A DNA stretch of 64,000 bases from Candidatus Omnitrophota bacterium (lineage in GTDB: Bacteria > Omnitrophota > Gorgyraeia > Zapsychrales > JANLHA01): positions 1,946,662-2,010,661 of the forward strand of contig OY759724.1 in NCBI GenBank assembly GCA_963662715.1, read 5' to 3'. Below, one piece after another: positions 37,835 to 48,295 of this stretch; positions within the stretch are counted from its first letter, which is position 1; each line of letters starts with the position of its first letter. Under the pieces are notes generated by a model. That model ran no database searches and was not told the origin of the DNA. It saw only the letters and a list, made by a program, of their open reading frames with translations. A program made the position numbers and the translations under genes.

Positions 37835-38731
37835 ATGTCCAACGTCAATAAGTCCCCCATGCCTTCCAACGGAAATTTATTTATGATTTTTTCGGCTTTA
37901 AGGCCCTATCAATGGATTAAAAGTGCCTTTGTTTTTCTGCCGTTGATTTTCGGCGGCAAACTTTTCCATGTCCCCACGTTTATAAAGACAGTCTGGATGG
38001 CTTTAATATTCGCCCTTGCCTCCAGCGCCGTCTATGTCCTGAATGATATTTATGACTTAACCGAAGATCAAAAACATCCGGATAAATGCCGCCGGCCTCT
38101 AGCCGCGGGGGTTATGACCCTGTCCCGGGCCAGGATGATCATTGTTTCTCTCTCGCTTATTACGCTTGTCTTGTCATATACCGTTAACATTCATGCCGCA
38201 TTCATCATTATGGCTTATTTTCTTTTGAATTACCTGTATTCGAAATATTTAAAGCATATCGTCATTATTGATGTTTTTTGTATCGGAGCTTTTTATTATT
38301 TGCGCATCCTGGCCGGGGGGGTTGCCAGCGATGTTTATTTGTCAAACTGGATCATTATGTGTTCGGTTTTGTTGGCTTTATTCATCGGATTTAATAAACG
38401 CAAATATGACGTTGATTTTGAAAAAGACAATCACGCCCAGACAGATTCTTATACCCGTTATTATATTGACAGAATGATATCCGTCATTGCCTCCTCCTTA
38501 ATTATGAGTTATGCCCTTTATGTCATGGACCGGGAAACGATTGCCAAATTTCATACAACGGCCCTGATTTATACGGTGCCTTTTGTTTATTACGGGATTT
38601 TCCGATATATTTATCTGGTTGATATGAAATTACTGGGAGGCGATCCGGTGCGCATTCTCTGGAAAGACGGAGTTTTGAAATTGACCGTTTTGTTGTGGCT
38701 CCTGACGTGCACCGTCATCATATACGTTTGA
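37835..38731 (+). CDS. UbiA-family prenyltransferase, decaprenyl-phosphate 5-phosphoribosyltransferase-like
   Basis: 'LRPYQWIKSAFVFLPLIFGG' N-terminus and 'NDIYDLTEDQKHPDKCRRPLAAG' (NDxxDxxxD) resemble the DPPR-synthase (Rv3806c-type) subfamily. 8-9 TM helices. Confidence 0.65.
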   Translation: MSNVNKSPMPSNGNLFMIFSALRPYQWIKSAFVFLPLIFGGKLFHVPTFIKTVWMALIFALASSAVYVLNDIYDLTEDQKHPDKCRRPLAAGVMTLSRARMIIVSLSLITLVLSYTVNIHAAFIIMAYFLLNYLYSKYLKHIVIIDVFCIGAFYYLRILAGGVASDVYLSNWIIMCSVLLALFIGFNKRKYDVDFEKDNHAQTDSYTRYYIDRMISVIASSLIMSYALYVMDRETIAKFHTTALIYTVPFVYYGIFRYIYLVDMKLLGGDPVRILWKDGVLKLTVLLWLLTCTVIIYV

Positions 38732-38768
38732 ACGTGCAGATGAATTAACAGGGCGTTTTTGAAATTTT

Positions 38769-39512
38769 GTGATGATGTCTCCGGCACATATGAAATTATC
38801 CGTTATCATCCCTTTTTATAATGAAAAGGGGAACATCAGCTTTGTTCTTGATGAAATCAACGAGGTCATGGGGCCCCTGGATATCCCGTATGAAGTCATT
38901 GCCGTGGATGACGGAAGCGAGGATGCCACCCCGGACATCCTCCGGCGCTACTCTCAGGATTGGGAGCAGATGACCGTTGTGACTTTTCCTGAAAATAAGG
39001 GAAAGGATGCGGCCATGTTCGCCGGTTTTCATGCCGCCGGCGGGGATGTGATCGTGACTTTGGACGGGGACGGCCAGAACGACTTTCACGATATCGTTCT
39101 GATGCTTCCCTGGTTAAAGGACTATGACGGGGTTTTCGGCGCCAGAGTCAACCGGCAGGACCCTTTCAGCAAGAAAATCGTTTCCCGGGTGGCGGCTTTT
39201 TTCCGGAAGTTGATTCTCAAGGATGACGTGAAAGATACGGCTTGCGCTTTAAAAGTTTTTAAACGCCACGCGCTCGCGAGCCTCTTTCCGATGAGAGGGG
39301 TTCATCGTTTTATCCCGTTTTTATTCCATCTCTCAGGATTGACTTATAGAATCGTTCCGGTGCATCATCGGCCGAGAAGGGAGGGCCGGTCAAAATTCTC
39401 TCTTAAACGGTTTTATTTCGTTTCGACCATTCTTGATCTTATGTTTATGTGGTGGTTTAAGTTGAACTATATTCGATGTCAGCGTGAGGAAGGCGGTCTT
39501 GGTAGAAAATAA
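38769..39512 (+). CDS. family-2 glycosyltransferase (polyprenyl-phosphate sugar synthase, DPM1/ArnC-like)
   Basis: 'LSVIIPFYNEKGNI...VIAVDDGSEDAT...VTLDGDGQND' GT2 DxD motifs, plus a C-terminal TM anchor. An alternative start is at 38790. Confidence 0.8.
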   Translation: MMMSPAHMKLSVIIPFYNEKGNISFVLDEINEVMGPLDIPYEVIAVDDGSEDATPDILRRYSQDWEQMTVVTFPENKGKDAAMFAGFHAAGGDVIVTLDGDGQNDFHDIVLMLPWLKDYDGVFGARVNRQDPFSKKIVSRVAAFFRKLILKDDVKDTACALKVFKRHALASLFPMRGVHRFIPFLFHLSGLTYRIVPVHHRPRREGRSKFSLKRFYFVSTILDLMFMWWFKLNYIRCQREEGGLGRK

Positions 39513-39525
39513 CTCTCAACCGGGT

Positions 39526-40725
39526 ATGTCAAAAAAGATTTGTCATGGATGGTTTCTTCCCCCTGTCCTCATTTTAACCAGCTTTTTTTTAACAGTCATT
39601 TTTTTGGAAATCCTGGCCCGTCTTTTTTTGCCGGTTCCTCCGAGACTCGTCATCGAGAATTTGAACAAACCCGGCCAGAGCGATTATACGGAATATGGAG
39701 ACTTCCATGTTGACCAGGATGGGCATATTGAGAGTGAACGGCTTCCGGGAGGATTTTTTCTTTACTCGCATACGGGCACGCGGCTTAAAAGAAATGCCAG
39801 GGGAGTGGTGCGTAACCATGCTGTTTCGAATACCGATGTGGACATCTCAACCAATTCTTTGGGATTCCGTCACCGGGAACTTGGCCCGAAGAAAAAAAAT
39901 GAACTGAGGATTTTGGTCCTGGGAGACAGTATCACTTTCGGAGACTTTGTCCCGCAGGATCAGACATATCCTGCTTATCTTGAGCGCCATTTGCGGGCGA
40001 TGTTCCCGGCCAAACATATTGAAGTCATTAACGCCGGGGTCGGGGGGGTTGATCTTCAGAACGAGTTTGCCATTCTCATGGAAAGCGGTCTTTCCGTTGA
40101 GCCGGATATTGTTCTGGTAGGCCTGTACCTGAATGATGCCCATGAGTCCCCTTTCTTGAAAATCAGCCGTTTGCCCTCCTGGCTGGACTGGAGTCATCTC
40201 GCAAGATTTGTCCTGGGCAAGGTGGATAAATTGCGTGCGTTATACCGGGAGCATAAGTGGGAGGAGCAATCTCCCGAGGCTTGGAAGGAGGCCAGGGCAA
40301 GGTTTGCCAGGCAGAACCCTTTACGGGAAGGCGGCGGTAATACAGATGCGTCCCTGAATTGGGAGATTCACCATGCGTTCAGGGACTGGGGCTATGCCTG
40401 GGATGACGGGTACTGGGATAAGGTTCTGGACATTATTGATATGATGGCCGATGTCAGTCAGGACCATCATTTTAAATTGGCTTTCTGTTATTTCCCGGTT
40501 CGTTTTCAGATCACAGCCGCCCATCTGAAGAATGAGCCTCAGCAAAGATTTGAAATGGAAATGCAGCGGCGGCGTTTGCCGCATTTGGATTTGCTGCCTG
40601 TTTTAAGATCCAAATATTCCGGAGATCAGCAGGACCTGTTATATGATCATTGTCATTACCGGCCGGAAGGTAATGCTTTTATCGGGGAAATGTTAGCCCG
40701 TTTTATGGCAGATCATTTGCTGTGA
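39526..40725 (+). CDS. SGNH/GDSL-family hydrolase (esterase/acyltransferase-like), membrane-anchored
   Basis: N-terminal TM, 'LRILVLGDSITFGD' (GDS block I), 'NAGVGG' (block II) and a 'DHCH' block V-like motif. Confidence 0.7.
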   Translation: MSKKICHGWFLPPVLILTSFFLTVIFLEILARLFLPVPPRLVIENLNKPGQSDYTEYGDFHVDQDGHIESERLPGGFFLYSHTGTRLKRNARGVVRNHAVSNTDVDISTNSLGFRHRELGPKKKNELRILVLGDSITFGDFVPQDQTYPAYLERHLRAMFPAKHIEVINAGVGGVDLQNEFAILMESGLSVEPDIVLVGLYLNDAHESPFLKISRLPSWLDWSHLARFVLGKVDKLRALYREHKWEEQSPEAWKEARARFARQNPLREGGGNTDASLNWEIHHAFRDWGYAWDDGYWDKVLDIIDMMADVSQDHHFKLAFCYFPVRFQITAAHLKNEPQQRFEMEMQRRRLPHLDLLPVLRSKYSGDQQDLLYDHCHYRPEGNAFIGEMLARFMADHLL

Positions 40726-40792
40726 ATTTCATCACAGGCCATGAGGGCTTTATCCCGGACGGAAGCTGTCCGGGCAAACCCAGGAGAACAAA

Positions 40793-41512
40793 ATGGAAGG
40801 ACCTTTAACGTTGATCATGCCGGTTTTCAATGAAGCCGAAACCATAGAGAAGGTGATCCGTGATACTTACGGAGAAGTGAGCCGCTGGCAGACGGCGGTG
40901 AACTTCATTATTGCGGAAGACGGCAGTCAGGACGGGACAAAGGAAATATTATATGAACTTCAAAAGGATATCCCTTTCACCTTGGTAAGTTCGCAGGAAC
41001 GTAAAGGCTATACCCGGGCCTTCAAGGATGCCCTGGCTTTGGCCGGGACCCCCTGGGTCCTTTTCAGCGACTCGGACGGGCAGCACGACCCCCGGGACAT
41101 GAAGAAGCTCGTTGATGCCGCGGAAGGGTATGATATCGTCAGCGGATGCAAGACCCCGCGGCATGACCCTCCGCACCGGCTGATGTTATCGTTTTTTTAT
41201 AATTCTTTTATTCATGTGCTGTTTGGCCTGAAAATGAAAGACTGCAATTCCGGTTTTAAGCTCATCCGGAAATCCGTTATCGATCAGGTTCTCCCGCAGC
41301 TTCAGGATATGCGGGATTGTATTATGTCAGAATTTATCTTGAGGGCCTATTTATTAGGTTTTAGAATTAGGGAAATCCCCGTAACGCATTATGCCCGGCC
41401 TTTCGGGCAGACGGCTATTTTTCAACTGAAACAGTTGCCGGGTATCATCTGGGGGCTGCTTAAGGCCTTGGTTCATATTAAACGGGAAGATCAAAGAAGA
41501 AAAGCGATATGA
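40793..41512 (+). CDS. family-2 glycosyltransferase (dolichyl-phosphate-sugar synthase-like)
   Basis: 'LIMPVFNEAETI...IIAEDGSQDGT...FSDSDGQHD' GT2 signature. Confidence 0.8.
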   Translation: MEGPLTLIMPVFNEAETIEKVIRDTYGEVSRWQTAVNFIIAEDGSQDGTKEILYELQKDIPFTLVSSQERKGYTRAFKDALALAGTPWVLFSDSDGQHDPRDMKKLVDAAEGYDIVSGCKTPRHDPPHRLMLSFFYNSFIHVLFGLKMKDCNSGFKLIRKSVIDQVLPQLQDMRDCIMSEFILRAYLLGFRIREIPVTHYARPFGQTAIFQLKQLPGIIWGLLKALVHIKREDQRRKAI

Positions 41513-42834
41513 AGATCCTTATATTAGGCGCGGGGCTCGCCGGTTTAGAGTGCGGGCGGCAGCTCCGTCAGCGGGGGTGTGATTTTGCAATTCTTGAAAA
41601 AGAGTCGCAGATCGGCGGCCTCGCCAGGACCAACAAGACGGGGGATTATGCCTGGGACTTCGGCGTGCATGCTCTTTACAGCCGGCATCCTCATATGACC
41701 CGGTATCTGCACAGCCTGCCGTTGGACTACGTTCCGTCGGAACGGAGAGTTTCCATTTATCATACATCAGGCAGAAACGCGCCCCCGTATTTGATTAACT
41801 ATCCTTTTGAGGAAGGCATCAAGGGCCTGCCCTGGAAGGACCGCTGGGAATGCATCGGCGGATATTTCATTTCGAAATTTCGGCATCAATCCGAATATTG
41901 TCATTTGCAGGATTGGATCGATCACGGGCTGGGCTTCGGGATCGCCAAGCATTTTATGACGCCCTACAACCGGAAAATCTGGAACTGTCCCCTTGAGGAC
42001 ATTTCCATGGATTTGGTCAATGCGAAGATTCATCCCGCTTCACTCAAGAATTTTCTTATGGCCGCTTTCGGCAGGGAGGTTATCGGGCGAATCTATCAAT
42101 GGAAATTTGTTTATCCCCGCAGGGGCATTCAGGCCTTAATGGATTACACGGCGCAAGACATCCGCGATAAGATACGGGTCAAAAAGCAGGTGGAGAAAAT
42201 AAGACGGCAGGGTACGGGCTGGGAGGTTTTAACGACCGACGGGGATATTGAGAAGGCGGATAGGGTGATTTCTACGATCCCTTTGGTGGAATTATTGAAA
42301 ATGGTTGAAATGGAAGGCCTGCACAAGAGTTTTTCTCAGCTGAAATGGAATGACACGTATTTCATTCTTGTCGGATTAAGAAAGGGATGCCGGTTTTCAT
42401 TGCTGAACGACTGCCACTGGGCTTTTTTTAAAGAGCAGGAAATTTTCTACCGGATCACGATGATGCATAATTTCAGTGAGGAGTTTTTGCCCGCCTTGGT
42501 TGCGGAGGTGACAAATAAGGAAGCCGTCCGGCAGATGTCCCCGGAACAAATACAGGCCGGGGTCCTCAAGGACTTGACGCGTTTGAACATTATCAAGAAC
42601 TCCCGGGATGTCGCTGTCACGGACATACGATACGTTCCTTATACGTACCCTATCCCTACGGTCGATCTGGATTCCGTCAAGGATACGATCACCCGGCGAC
42701 TGGAAAGGGAAAATATATTGCTTGTCGGACGAAACGGGCGCTGGGATTACCTGAACATGGACGGGATACTCCGGTCCGTTTCCGAATTTATCCGGGGCTA
42801 TTTTGGTGATGAGCCGGACGGCCCGCCGCTTTAG
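41509..42834 (+). CDS. FAD/NAD(P)-binding oxidoreductase (amine-oxidase / UDP-galactopyranose-mutase-like fold)
   Basis: 'MKILILGAGLAGLECGRQL...ILEKESQIGGLARTNKTGDYAWDFGVHALYS' GxGxxG dinucleotide motif and 'GG.A.T' motif. It overlaps the GT2 stop by 4 nt. Confidence 0.6.
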   Translation: MKILILGAGLAGLECGRQLRQRGCDFAILEKESQIGGLARTNKTGDYAWDFGVHALYSRHPHMTRYLHSLPLDYVPSERRVSIYHTSGRNAPPYLINYPFEEGIKGLPWKDRWECIGGYFISKFRHQSEYCHLQDWIDHGLGFGIAKHFMTPYNRKIWNCPLEDISMDLVNAKIHPASLKNFLMAAFGREVIGRIYQWKFVYPRRGIQALMDYTAQDIRDKIRVKKQVEKIRRQGTGWEVLTTDGDIEKADRVISTIPLVELLKMVEMEGLHKSFSQLKWNDTYFILVGLRKGCRFSLLNDCHWAFFKEQEIFYRITMMHNFSEEFLPALVAEVTNKEAVRQMSPEQIQAGVLKDLTRLNIIKNSRDVAVTDIRYVPYTYPIPTVDLDSVKDTITRRLERENILLVGRNGRWDYLNMDGILRSVSEFIRGYFGDEPDGPPL

Positions 42835-42975
42835 GGCCGGTTTATCTCCAGGGCGCTGGCTTTTATAACAGTCCCCCCAGGAGGGCGGAAGGGGGGGAAC
42901 GGACACGGGCAGCGACTGGCCGTGTGTTTGTGAAATCAATGAATGGATACATTGCTTCTGTAAGATCTCTCCTTT

Positions 42976-44637
42976 ATGAAAATTCAATTAAGAAAAATAT
43001 CCCCTGGGGCTGTCTGTCACAATGAATGTTTCCCCGCTGTTCTGTTTGTGATCTTTTTTGTCTTGAGCTGGCTGTTCATGCAGCACACTTTCAGTTATAA
43101 AGACGATACATTTTTCCTGAGACATAAAGTCTGGAGCGATTTCGGGGCGCATATCCCTCTCATCAGATCTTTTTCCATGGGAGATAATTTCTCCCTCGAA
43201 CACCCCCTGTTCCCGGGAGACCGGATGCGCTATCATTTCCTTTTTTATTCCTGGGTCGGACTTCTTGAGCAATGGGGGCTTAATATCGCTGTGGCTCTTA
43301 ACCTGCTCAGCGCCTTTGGTTTGGCTTTGTTGATGTGGCTCATCTTTCGTCTGAGTGAAAAGATGTTCACCAGCCGTTTAGCCGGGCTGCTCGCGGTCCT
43401 GCTTTTTCTTTTTAACGGATCCCTGTCCTGCCTGTTTTTCTTCCAGAAACATCCCTTGCACTGGAGTTCCTGGCAGGACATTATCACGGCAGACTCTTTT
43501 GCTTCGTTTGGGCCCTGGAACGGGATCGTAAGTATTTTCTGGACCCTGAATATCTACACCAATCAGCGGCATTTGGCTTTAAGTTATGCCGTGATCCTTT
43601 TATGTTTGTGGCCGCTGATGACCCTGGCTTTTGAAGGGAGAAAGATATCCTTAAGGAATAAGATCGCGATCGGCATGGTCGCGGCGCTTGCCCCGTTTCT
43701 TCATCATACGATTATCCCCGTTGTTTTTACATATGTTGTGATGTGGATGATATTTTGTCCCCGGATGGCAAGGGCCATAGGCCCTTATTATCTGTTCATG
43801 TTCCTTTGCGCGGTCCCGGCATTATGGTATATGAACGACGGCTCTTCCGTTGATTTTGTCTATTCCCCGGGGTTTGTTCAGCAGCCCAAAAACTGGGTGG
43901 AGTGGGCGGAATACTGGATGTATAATCTGGGGCTTTATACCGTTCTCATACCCTTTGTCTTTATATGGGCGAAGAAAGGGGGCCGCGTCTGGCTGGCTTC
44001 GTCTTTCATCCTTTTTATTGTCAGCAATATCTGGCGGTTTTCTCCGGACATGTTTAATAATCACAAGCTGATCAATTTCTTTATGATTTCTGTGCAGATT
44101 GTCGTTGCCGGATTTCTTGCGCAATGGCTGCGGAAACCCGGTCTTTTCCGGGCAGGAGCCGTGGCGTTTTTGCTGACTTTGACTTTTTCCGGAGTGATTG
44201 ATTTTTTCCCGATCCTGAATGACGGCCGGGGGGCCCTGCGGGACTTCCGCAGATCGCCCGCAGCTGTCTGGATTCAGGAGAATACGTCTCCGCAGTCCGT
44301 GTATTTATGTACGAACGGGATGAACTCTCCCCCTTCGTTCCTGGGGCGCCGGATTTATATGGGGTACGTTTATTTTCCCTGGTCCGCCGGCTTTCCCGCC
44401 TATGAAAGACTCCGGGCGATTGAACCCGTTTTTCATGAGGATACGGACCAGGAATCGGTTTGCCGGCTGCTTCAGCAGGAGCATATCGATTATATTGTCG
44501 TCGAACCCGGCACCGATGCCTGGCCGGAGATCGATATCCATGACAGTCTGTTATTAAAGACATGGACGCCAATCTTCAAAACAGATGATCGCTACAAGAT
44601 TTATTCTGTCAAGGAGGAATGTGCTGAGACACGTTAA
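42976..44637 (+). CDS. polytopic membrane protein (about 12 TM), putative GT-C-fold glycosyltransferase
   Basis: 553 aa and highly hydrophobic, with large loops. It lies in the glycosylation gene neighbourhood. I recognise no family. Confidence 0.4.
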   Translation: MKIQLRKISPGAVCHNECFPAVLFVIFFVLSWLFMQHTFSYKDDTFFLRHKVWSDFGAHIPLIRSFSMGDNFSLEHPLFPGDRMRYHFLFYSWVGLLEQWGLNIAVALNLLSAFGLALLMWLIFRLSEKMFTSRLAGLLAVLLFLFNGSLSCLFFFQKHPLHWSSWQDIITADSFASFGPWNGIVSIFWTLNIYTNQRHLALSYAVILLCLWPLMTLAFEGRKISLRNKIAIGMVAALAPFLHHTIIPVVFTYVVMWMIFCPRMARAIGPYYLFMFLCAVPALWYMNDGSSVDFVYSPGFVQQPKNWVEWAEYWMYNLGLYTVLIPFVFIWAKKGGRVWLASSFILFIVSNIWRFSPDMFNNHKLINFFMISVQIVVAGFLAQWLRKPGLFRAGAVAFLLTLTFSGVIDFFPILNDGRGALRDFRRSPAAVWIQENTSPQSVYLCTNGMNSPPSFLGRRIYMGYVYFPWSAGFPAYERLRAIEPVFHEDTDQESVCRLLQQEHIDYIVVEPGTDAWPEIDIHDSLLLKTWTPIFKTDDRYKIYSVKEECAETR

Positions 44638-44641
44638 TTTT

Positions 44642-46357
44642 ATGACAAGGAAACCATTTATAACAAGTCTTTGTCTGGCCGCTATTCTTCTTGCGGCGGC
44701 TGGCTTTCGTTTTGTCGGGATCAACTGGGATTACGGATATCAGCAGCATCCCGATGAACGCATGCTGATGCTCGTTGCGAGCCGGATCCGGTTTTTTGAC
44801 AAGCTTGACCCGGATTTTTTTAATTACGGAAGTTTTCCGGTTTATTGTGTGCGCGCCGTCGCTCAATTAAGCGATGCTTTGTTTCACACCCGGTGGGCCA
44901 ATTATGACGGCATGCTCTTTGTCGGCCGGGTTTTGGTTTCCCTTCTTGACATCCTGATGGTTTATTGTGTCTATCGGCTGGCCGACAAGCTTTTCCGTGT
45001 CCCGAGGCTGTCCCTTTGCGCCGCGGCGTTTTATGCTTTAAGTTTTTTCCCTATCCAGAACAGCAATTTTTATATCGTTGATAACTTTGTAAACTTTTTC
45101 CTGACATTATTATGCGGCCTTCTTCTGCTGTATTTAAAAAAGGCCTCTTTAAGCAAGGTTGCCGGCCTGGCGGCCCTGTTCGCCGTTTTATTAGCAACAA
45201 AAGTGACTCCGGTGATTTATTTACCGGTCATTCTTTTAATGCTGTTTTTTCAGGTCCGGGGTTTTCGGTGGCATCTTTTGCGTCCGTGGTACAGGCCGTT
45301 TCAGTACCAAGTGTTGTTTGTGTTGCTTTGTCTGGCCTGCCATTTTGTCCTCATGCCGTATGCCTATATCCGGTTTGATAAGTTCTGGAGTGATATCACC
45401 TTGCAGATGCAGATGAGCCGGGACCCTTATGTGTTCCCTTACACGCTGCAATACGTGGGGACAAAGCCTTACAGCTACTATTTTATCAATATGTTCTTCT
45501 GGGGGCTGGGCCCGATGCTGTCTTCGTTTTTCCTCCTGGGGCTTTTGTCGGTTTTTCTTCCGGGTGCGCAGCAGGCGAAAAGACAGGGACGAGTGTTTGT
45601 CTTCGTCCTGGTCTATGTTTTATGGAATTTTTATTATTTTGCCGTTTTGGGCCGGTCGGCGGTCAAGTTCATGCGCTATATGCTGCCTTTATATCCTTTC
45701 GCAGCCGTGATGGCGGCGGCGGGATTTGAATGGACCTTAAGCTTATTTAAAAGAAAAAAAATGCAGGGGCTTTATTTTGTTGCCGCCTTCGGGTTCATTT
45801 TCCTATGGACCGTCTGCTTTGTTGATATTTATTCGCGTCCTCTCACCAGGATTGAAGCCTCCAAGTGGATTAACCGGCACATCCCGGCCGGAGCTGTTTT
45901 AGCGGTGGAACACTGGGACGAACGTCTGCCGTTGTTCGGTGTTGACCGGTATGTTTTCGTAGAACTGCCGCTGTACGAATATCCGGACCAGGAGAGAAAG
46001 TGGGCGGGGATGAAAGATAAACTCCGGCAAGCCGATTATATTATTATCGCCTCACAAAAATTGTTTGTCCCTTTGCAGAAGCTGGGAAATTGTCAGGAGG
46101 TCGCAAGGTGCTATCCGAGAAGCGGGGATTATTACAGAAAGCTCTTTGCCGGGCAGCTGGGTTTTGAGAAAGTCGCTGAGTTTACCTCTTATCCGGGATT
46201 AACGGTTTTGGGCCGGCGGTTTGACTTTCCTGATGATCAGGCCGATGAATCCTTTTCCGTTTATGATCATCCGAGGGTTTATATTTTTCAAAAGAGGGGC
46301 TTTTCCCAATCCGAACGGCAGTATCCTTTTCCCGCGGAGTCACCGGGGCGGCAGTGA
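44642..46357 (+). CDS. ArnT/PMT-like GT-C glycosyltransferase (GT39/GT83-like)
   Basis: 'WDYGYQQHPDERMLMLVA' acidic first-loop motif and the ArnT-like topology. The start is given per the ORF-track frame (MTRKPF...). My own nucleotide count around 44639-44644 disagrees by 1 nt, so treat the start as +/-1. Confidence 0.55.
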   Translation: MTRKPFITSLCLAAILLAAAGFRFVGINWDYGYQQHPDERMLMLVASRIRFFDKLDPDFFNYGSFPVYCVRAVAQLSDALFHTRWANYDGMLFVGRVLVSLLDILMVYCVYRLADKLFRVPRLSLCAAAFYALSFFPIQNSNFYIVDNFVNFFLTLLCGLLLLYLKKASLSKVAGLAALFAVLLATKVTPVIYLPVILLMLFFQVRGFRWHLLRPWYRPFQYQVLFVLLCLACHFVLMPYAYIRFDKFWSDITLQMQMSRDPYVFPYTLQYVGTKPYSYYFINMFFWGLGPMLSSFFLLGLLSVFLPGAQQAKRQGRVFVFVLVYVLWNFYYFAVLGRSAVKFMRYMLPLYPFAAVMAAAGFEWTLSLFKRKKMQGLYFVAAFGFIFLWTVCFVDIYSRPLTRIEASKWINRHIPAGAVLAVEHWDERLPLFGVDRYVFVELPLYEYPDQERKWAGMKDKLRQADYIIIASQKLFVPLQKLGNCQEVARCYPRSGDYYRKLFAGQLGFEKVAEFTSYPGLTVLGRRFDFPDDQADESFSVYDHPRVYIFQKRGFSQSERQYPFPAESPGRQ

Positions 46358-46558
46358 CCCTGCTTGGGCGTGGGGGAGGAGAGACGAGCCGGAGAAGGAC
46401 GCGTACTTTTAAAATAATGATTCTGTGCGTGGGCCAGGATCAAAATATGATATAATTCCCTAAAATTAAGGAAGAATGCCGGATTCCTAAAATTTATAAA
46501 TATTTAAAGGCCGTTTCCTTGTCCCGGGTCCTCTGAGGCCGCATGTGATTTCCTGTCC

Positions 46559-48265
46559 ATGGATACAAAAAATAATATGATATGTCCTCAAAACCGGTTT
46601 TCCCTGAACAGAAATTTTCTCCTTTTTATCGGTTTTTTTATCTTGATTATTATTGAGTTCTGTGCCTACCAGTGGCAAGGCAAGCTGTCCTTCATCGCTT
46701 CAAGGCTTTGGCTGCTGCATGGGAGCTTTTATGTCCTCTGCAGTCTCGGTGTTATAGTCAAAACCTTGAAAAAAGATTTTCAGGAAAGAAATTTCCGCGG
46801 GCTGTTAATTTTTTTCCTCTTTGGTTTGGTCCTTTTTCATACGGTGGGTTCCCGGGGAATAACCATAAATCACGAAAGCACGCAACAGGTGGCGGACGGC
46901 TGTGGTTTCTTTAAGCAGCCGGATTTCAGCTACACCAAAATAGGTTTTCTGGGATATCCGGCCCGTCAATATCTGCTCCTGGCCCTTCCGTCCCTGATGT
47001 TCGGCCGGAGTCTCATAACTCTCCGGTTGCCTTATGCCGCAGCCTTTTTTCTTGGGGTGATGCTGTTTTATTGCGGACTTAACCGGTATTTTGACGAAAG
47101 GAAAACAGGCCGGACCCTGCTGGCCCCGTTTGTCACCCTGTCATTGCTGTGTTTCCCCGTCCTTGTCAGTATCCTGATTTCCTTTGAACAGGCTGTCCTG
47201 CCTTTATCCTTTACTTTGCAGGCGACGGGGTGGTTTTTATTGTGTCTGAAAACGATAACCCGTCTGCGGGCTGTTTGTCTGGCGTTCATCGGCGCCTTGT
47301 TGGCGACGGCGTACACCCCCGGGCTCGCTTCATGGGGCCTGCTTATTGTCCTGCTGGGCGTTCAAATATGGCGTGAGGGCCGATTGAAGGATTTTAACTC
47401 AACGGTCCTTTGGATAAATGTCCTGTTATTCGCTGGTCTTGTCGGAGCATTTTCGTTCTTTACGCGTATCGATCTGTTTTCCCGGGAGAGCGGATTATGG
47501 ATTCCCCATTATTTGATAGGCCCCTATTTGTTGGATGTCTTCAAGGCTCTTTTTATCCCTTTCGAACAGGCCTTTCTTCCTGTTCCCGTCGTTATTTATT
47601 TCATGTTATCCTTAATGTCTGTATTCCGTCGCCGGGATTTTGCCGTATCTCTCTGGGCGATGCTGACAATTTTTCTGGCCACGCAGCTGGGAGGATTTGC
47701 CAAACCGGCACCCCCTTACAGCCTGCACAGGGCCCTGGTGATCATTCCGCCGCTTTTGACCTCTATGGCCTTGACCATAGAGTCCTGGGTGGCGGATAAA
47801 GGTGTCAGAGTGTTGAAAAGGGTCGTTTTTTTCGCCCTGTGCCTGGGGGTTTTGTTTGCCGGCAAGAATTTGTACGAAAGTTTAAAACTTTGCCGCAGCG
47901 GTCCCCGGGATGTCGTGATATTTAATGTCCTGGATGCGGTCGAGGAGTTCGGGGTTGATAAGTCCGGTAAAATGAGGATTCTTGTCGCTCCCGGCAATTT
48001 AAATTATAGCAACCTTTATGACTGCTTCAGATATTTTCTGCCGAAGTCCGAATTCTTATGGCACCCGACCACCGTTGGTAAGCTTGAGAATATGGATGCC
48101 CCTGCTTTTGTTTATCTTGATAGACCGGAGTGGCGTGCAGGAATTATGGACATGATGAAGGGAGGGCAGGGCCATTATGCCATCATTAGATTTCATTATG
48201 ATAATAAAGAGATACAATTTCTCAGAATTATTTGCGTCTCGGAGAAAAACAAAGACAGAAAATGA
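46559..48265 (+). CDS. polytopic membrane protein (568 aa), putative GT-C-like transferase
   Basis: More than 10 TM helices and a C-terminal soluble domain. It lies in the glycosylation neighbourhood. Confidence 0.4.
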   Translation: MDTKNNMICPQNRFSLNRNFLLFIGFFILIIIEFCAYQWQGKLSFIASRLWLLHGSFYVLCSLGVIVKTLKKDFQERNFRGLLIFFLFGLVLFHTVGSRGITINHESTQQVADGCGFFKQPDFSYTKIGFLGYPARQYLLLALPSLMFGRSLITLRLPYAAAFFLGVMLFYCGLNRYFDERKTGRTLLAPFVTLSLLCFPVLVSILISFEQAVLPLSFTLQATGWFLLCLKTITRLRAVCLAFIGALLATAYTPGLASWGLLIVLLGVQIWREGRLKDFNSTVLWINVLLFAGLVGAFSFFTRIDLFSRESGLWIPHYLIGPYLLDVFKALFIPFEQAFLPVPVVIYFMLSLMSVFRRRDFAVSLWAMLTIFLATQLGGFAKPAPPYSLHRALVIIPPLLTSMALTIESWVADKGVRVLKRVVFFALCLGVLFAGKNLYESLKLCRSGPRDVVIFNVLDAVEEFGVDKSGKMRILVAPGNLNYSNLYDCFRYFLPKSEFLWHPTTVGKLENMDAPAFVYLDRPEWRAGIMDMMKGGQGHYAIIRFHYDNKEIQFLRIICVSEKNKDRK

Positions 48266-48295
48266 TTCCGCTGCCATGAATTTCCTGGGGGTTCT

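Noticed and set aside
44630-44645. Apparent in-frame stop at the start of the ArnT-like gene when I count nucleotides by hand (aat tta tga versus the track's aat ttt atg)
   Set aside because: The six-frame track gives one continuous 590-aa ORF and the downstream frame checks out at the stop (46355-46357). I attribute the discrepancy to my own single-base miscount and have flagged the start coordinate as +/-1 nt.
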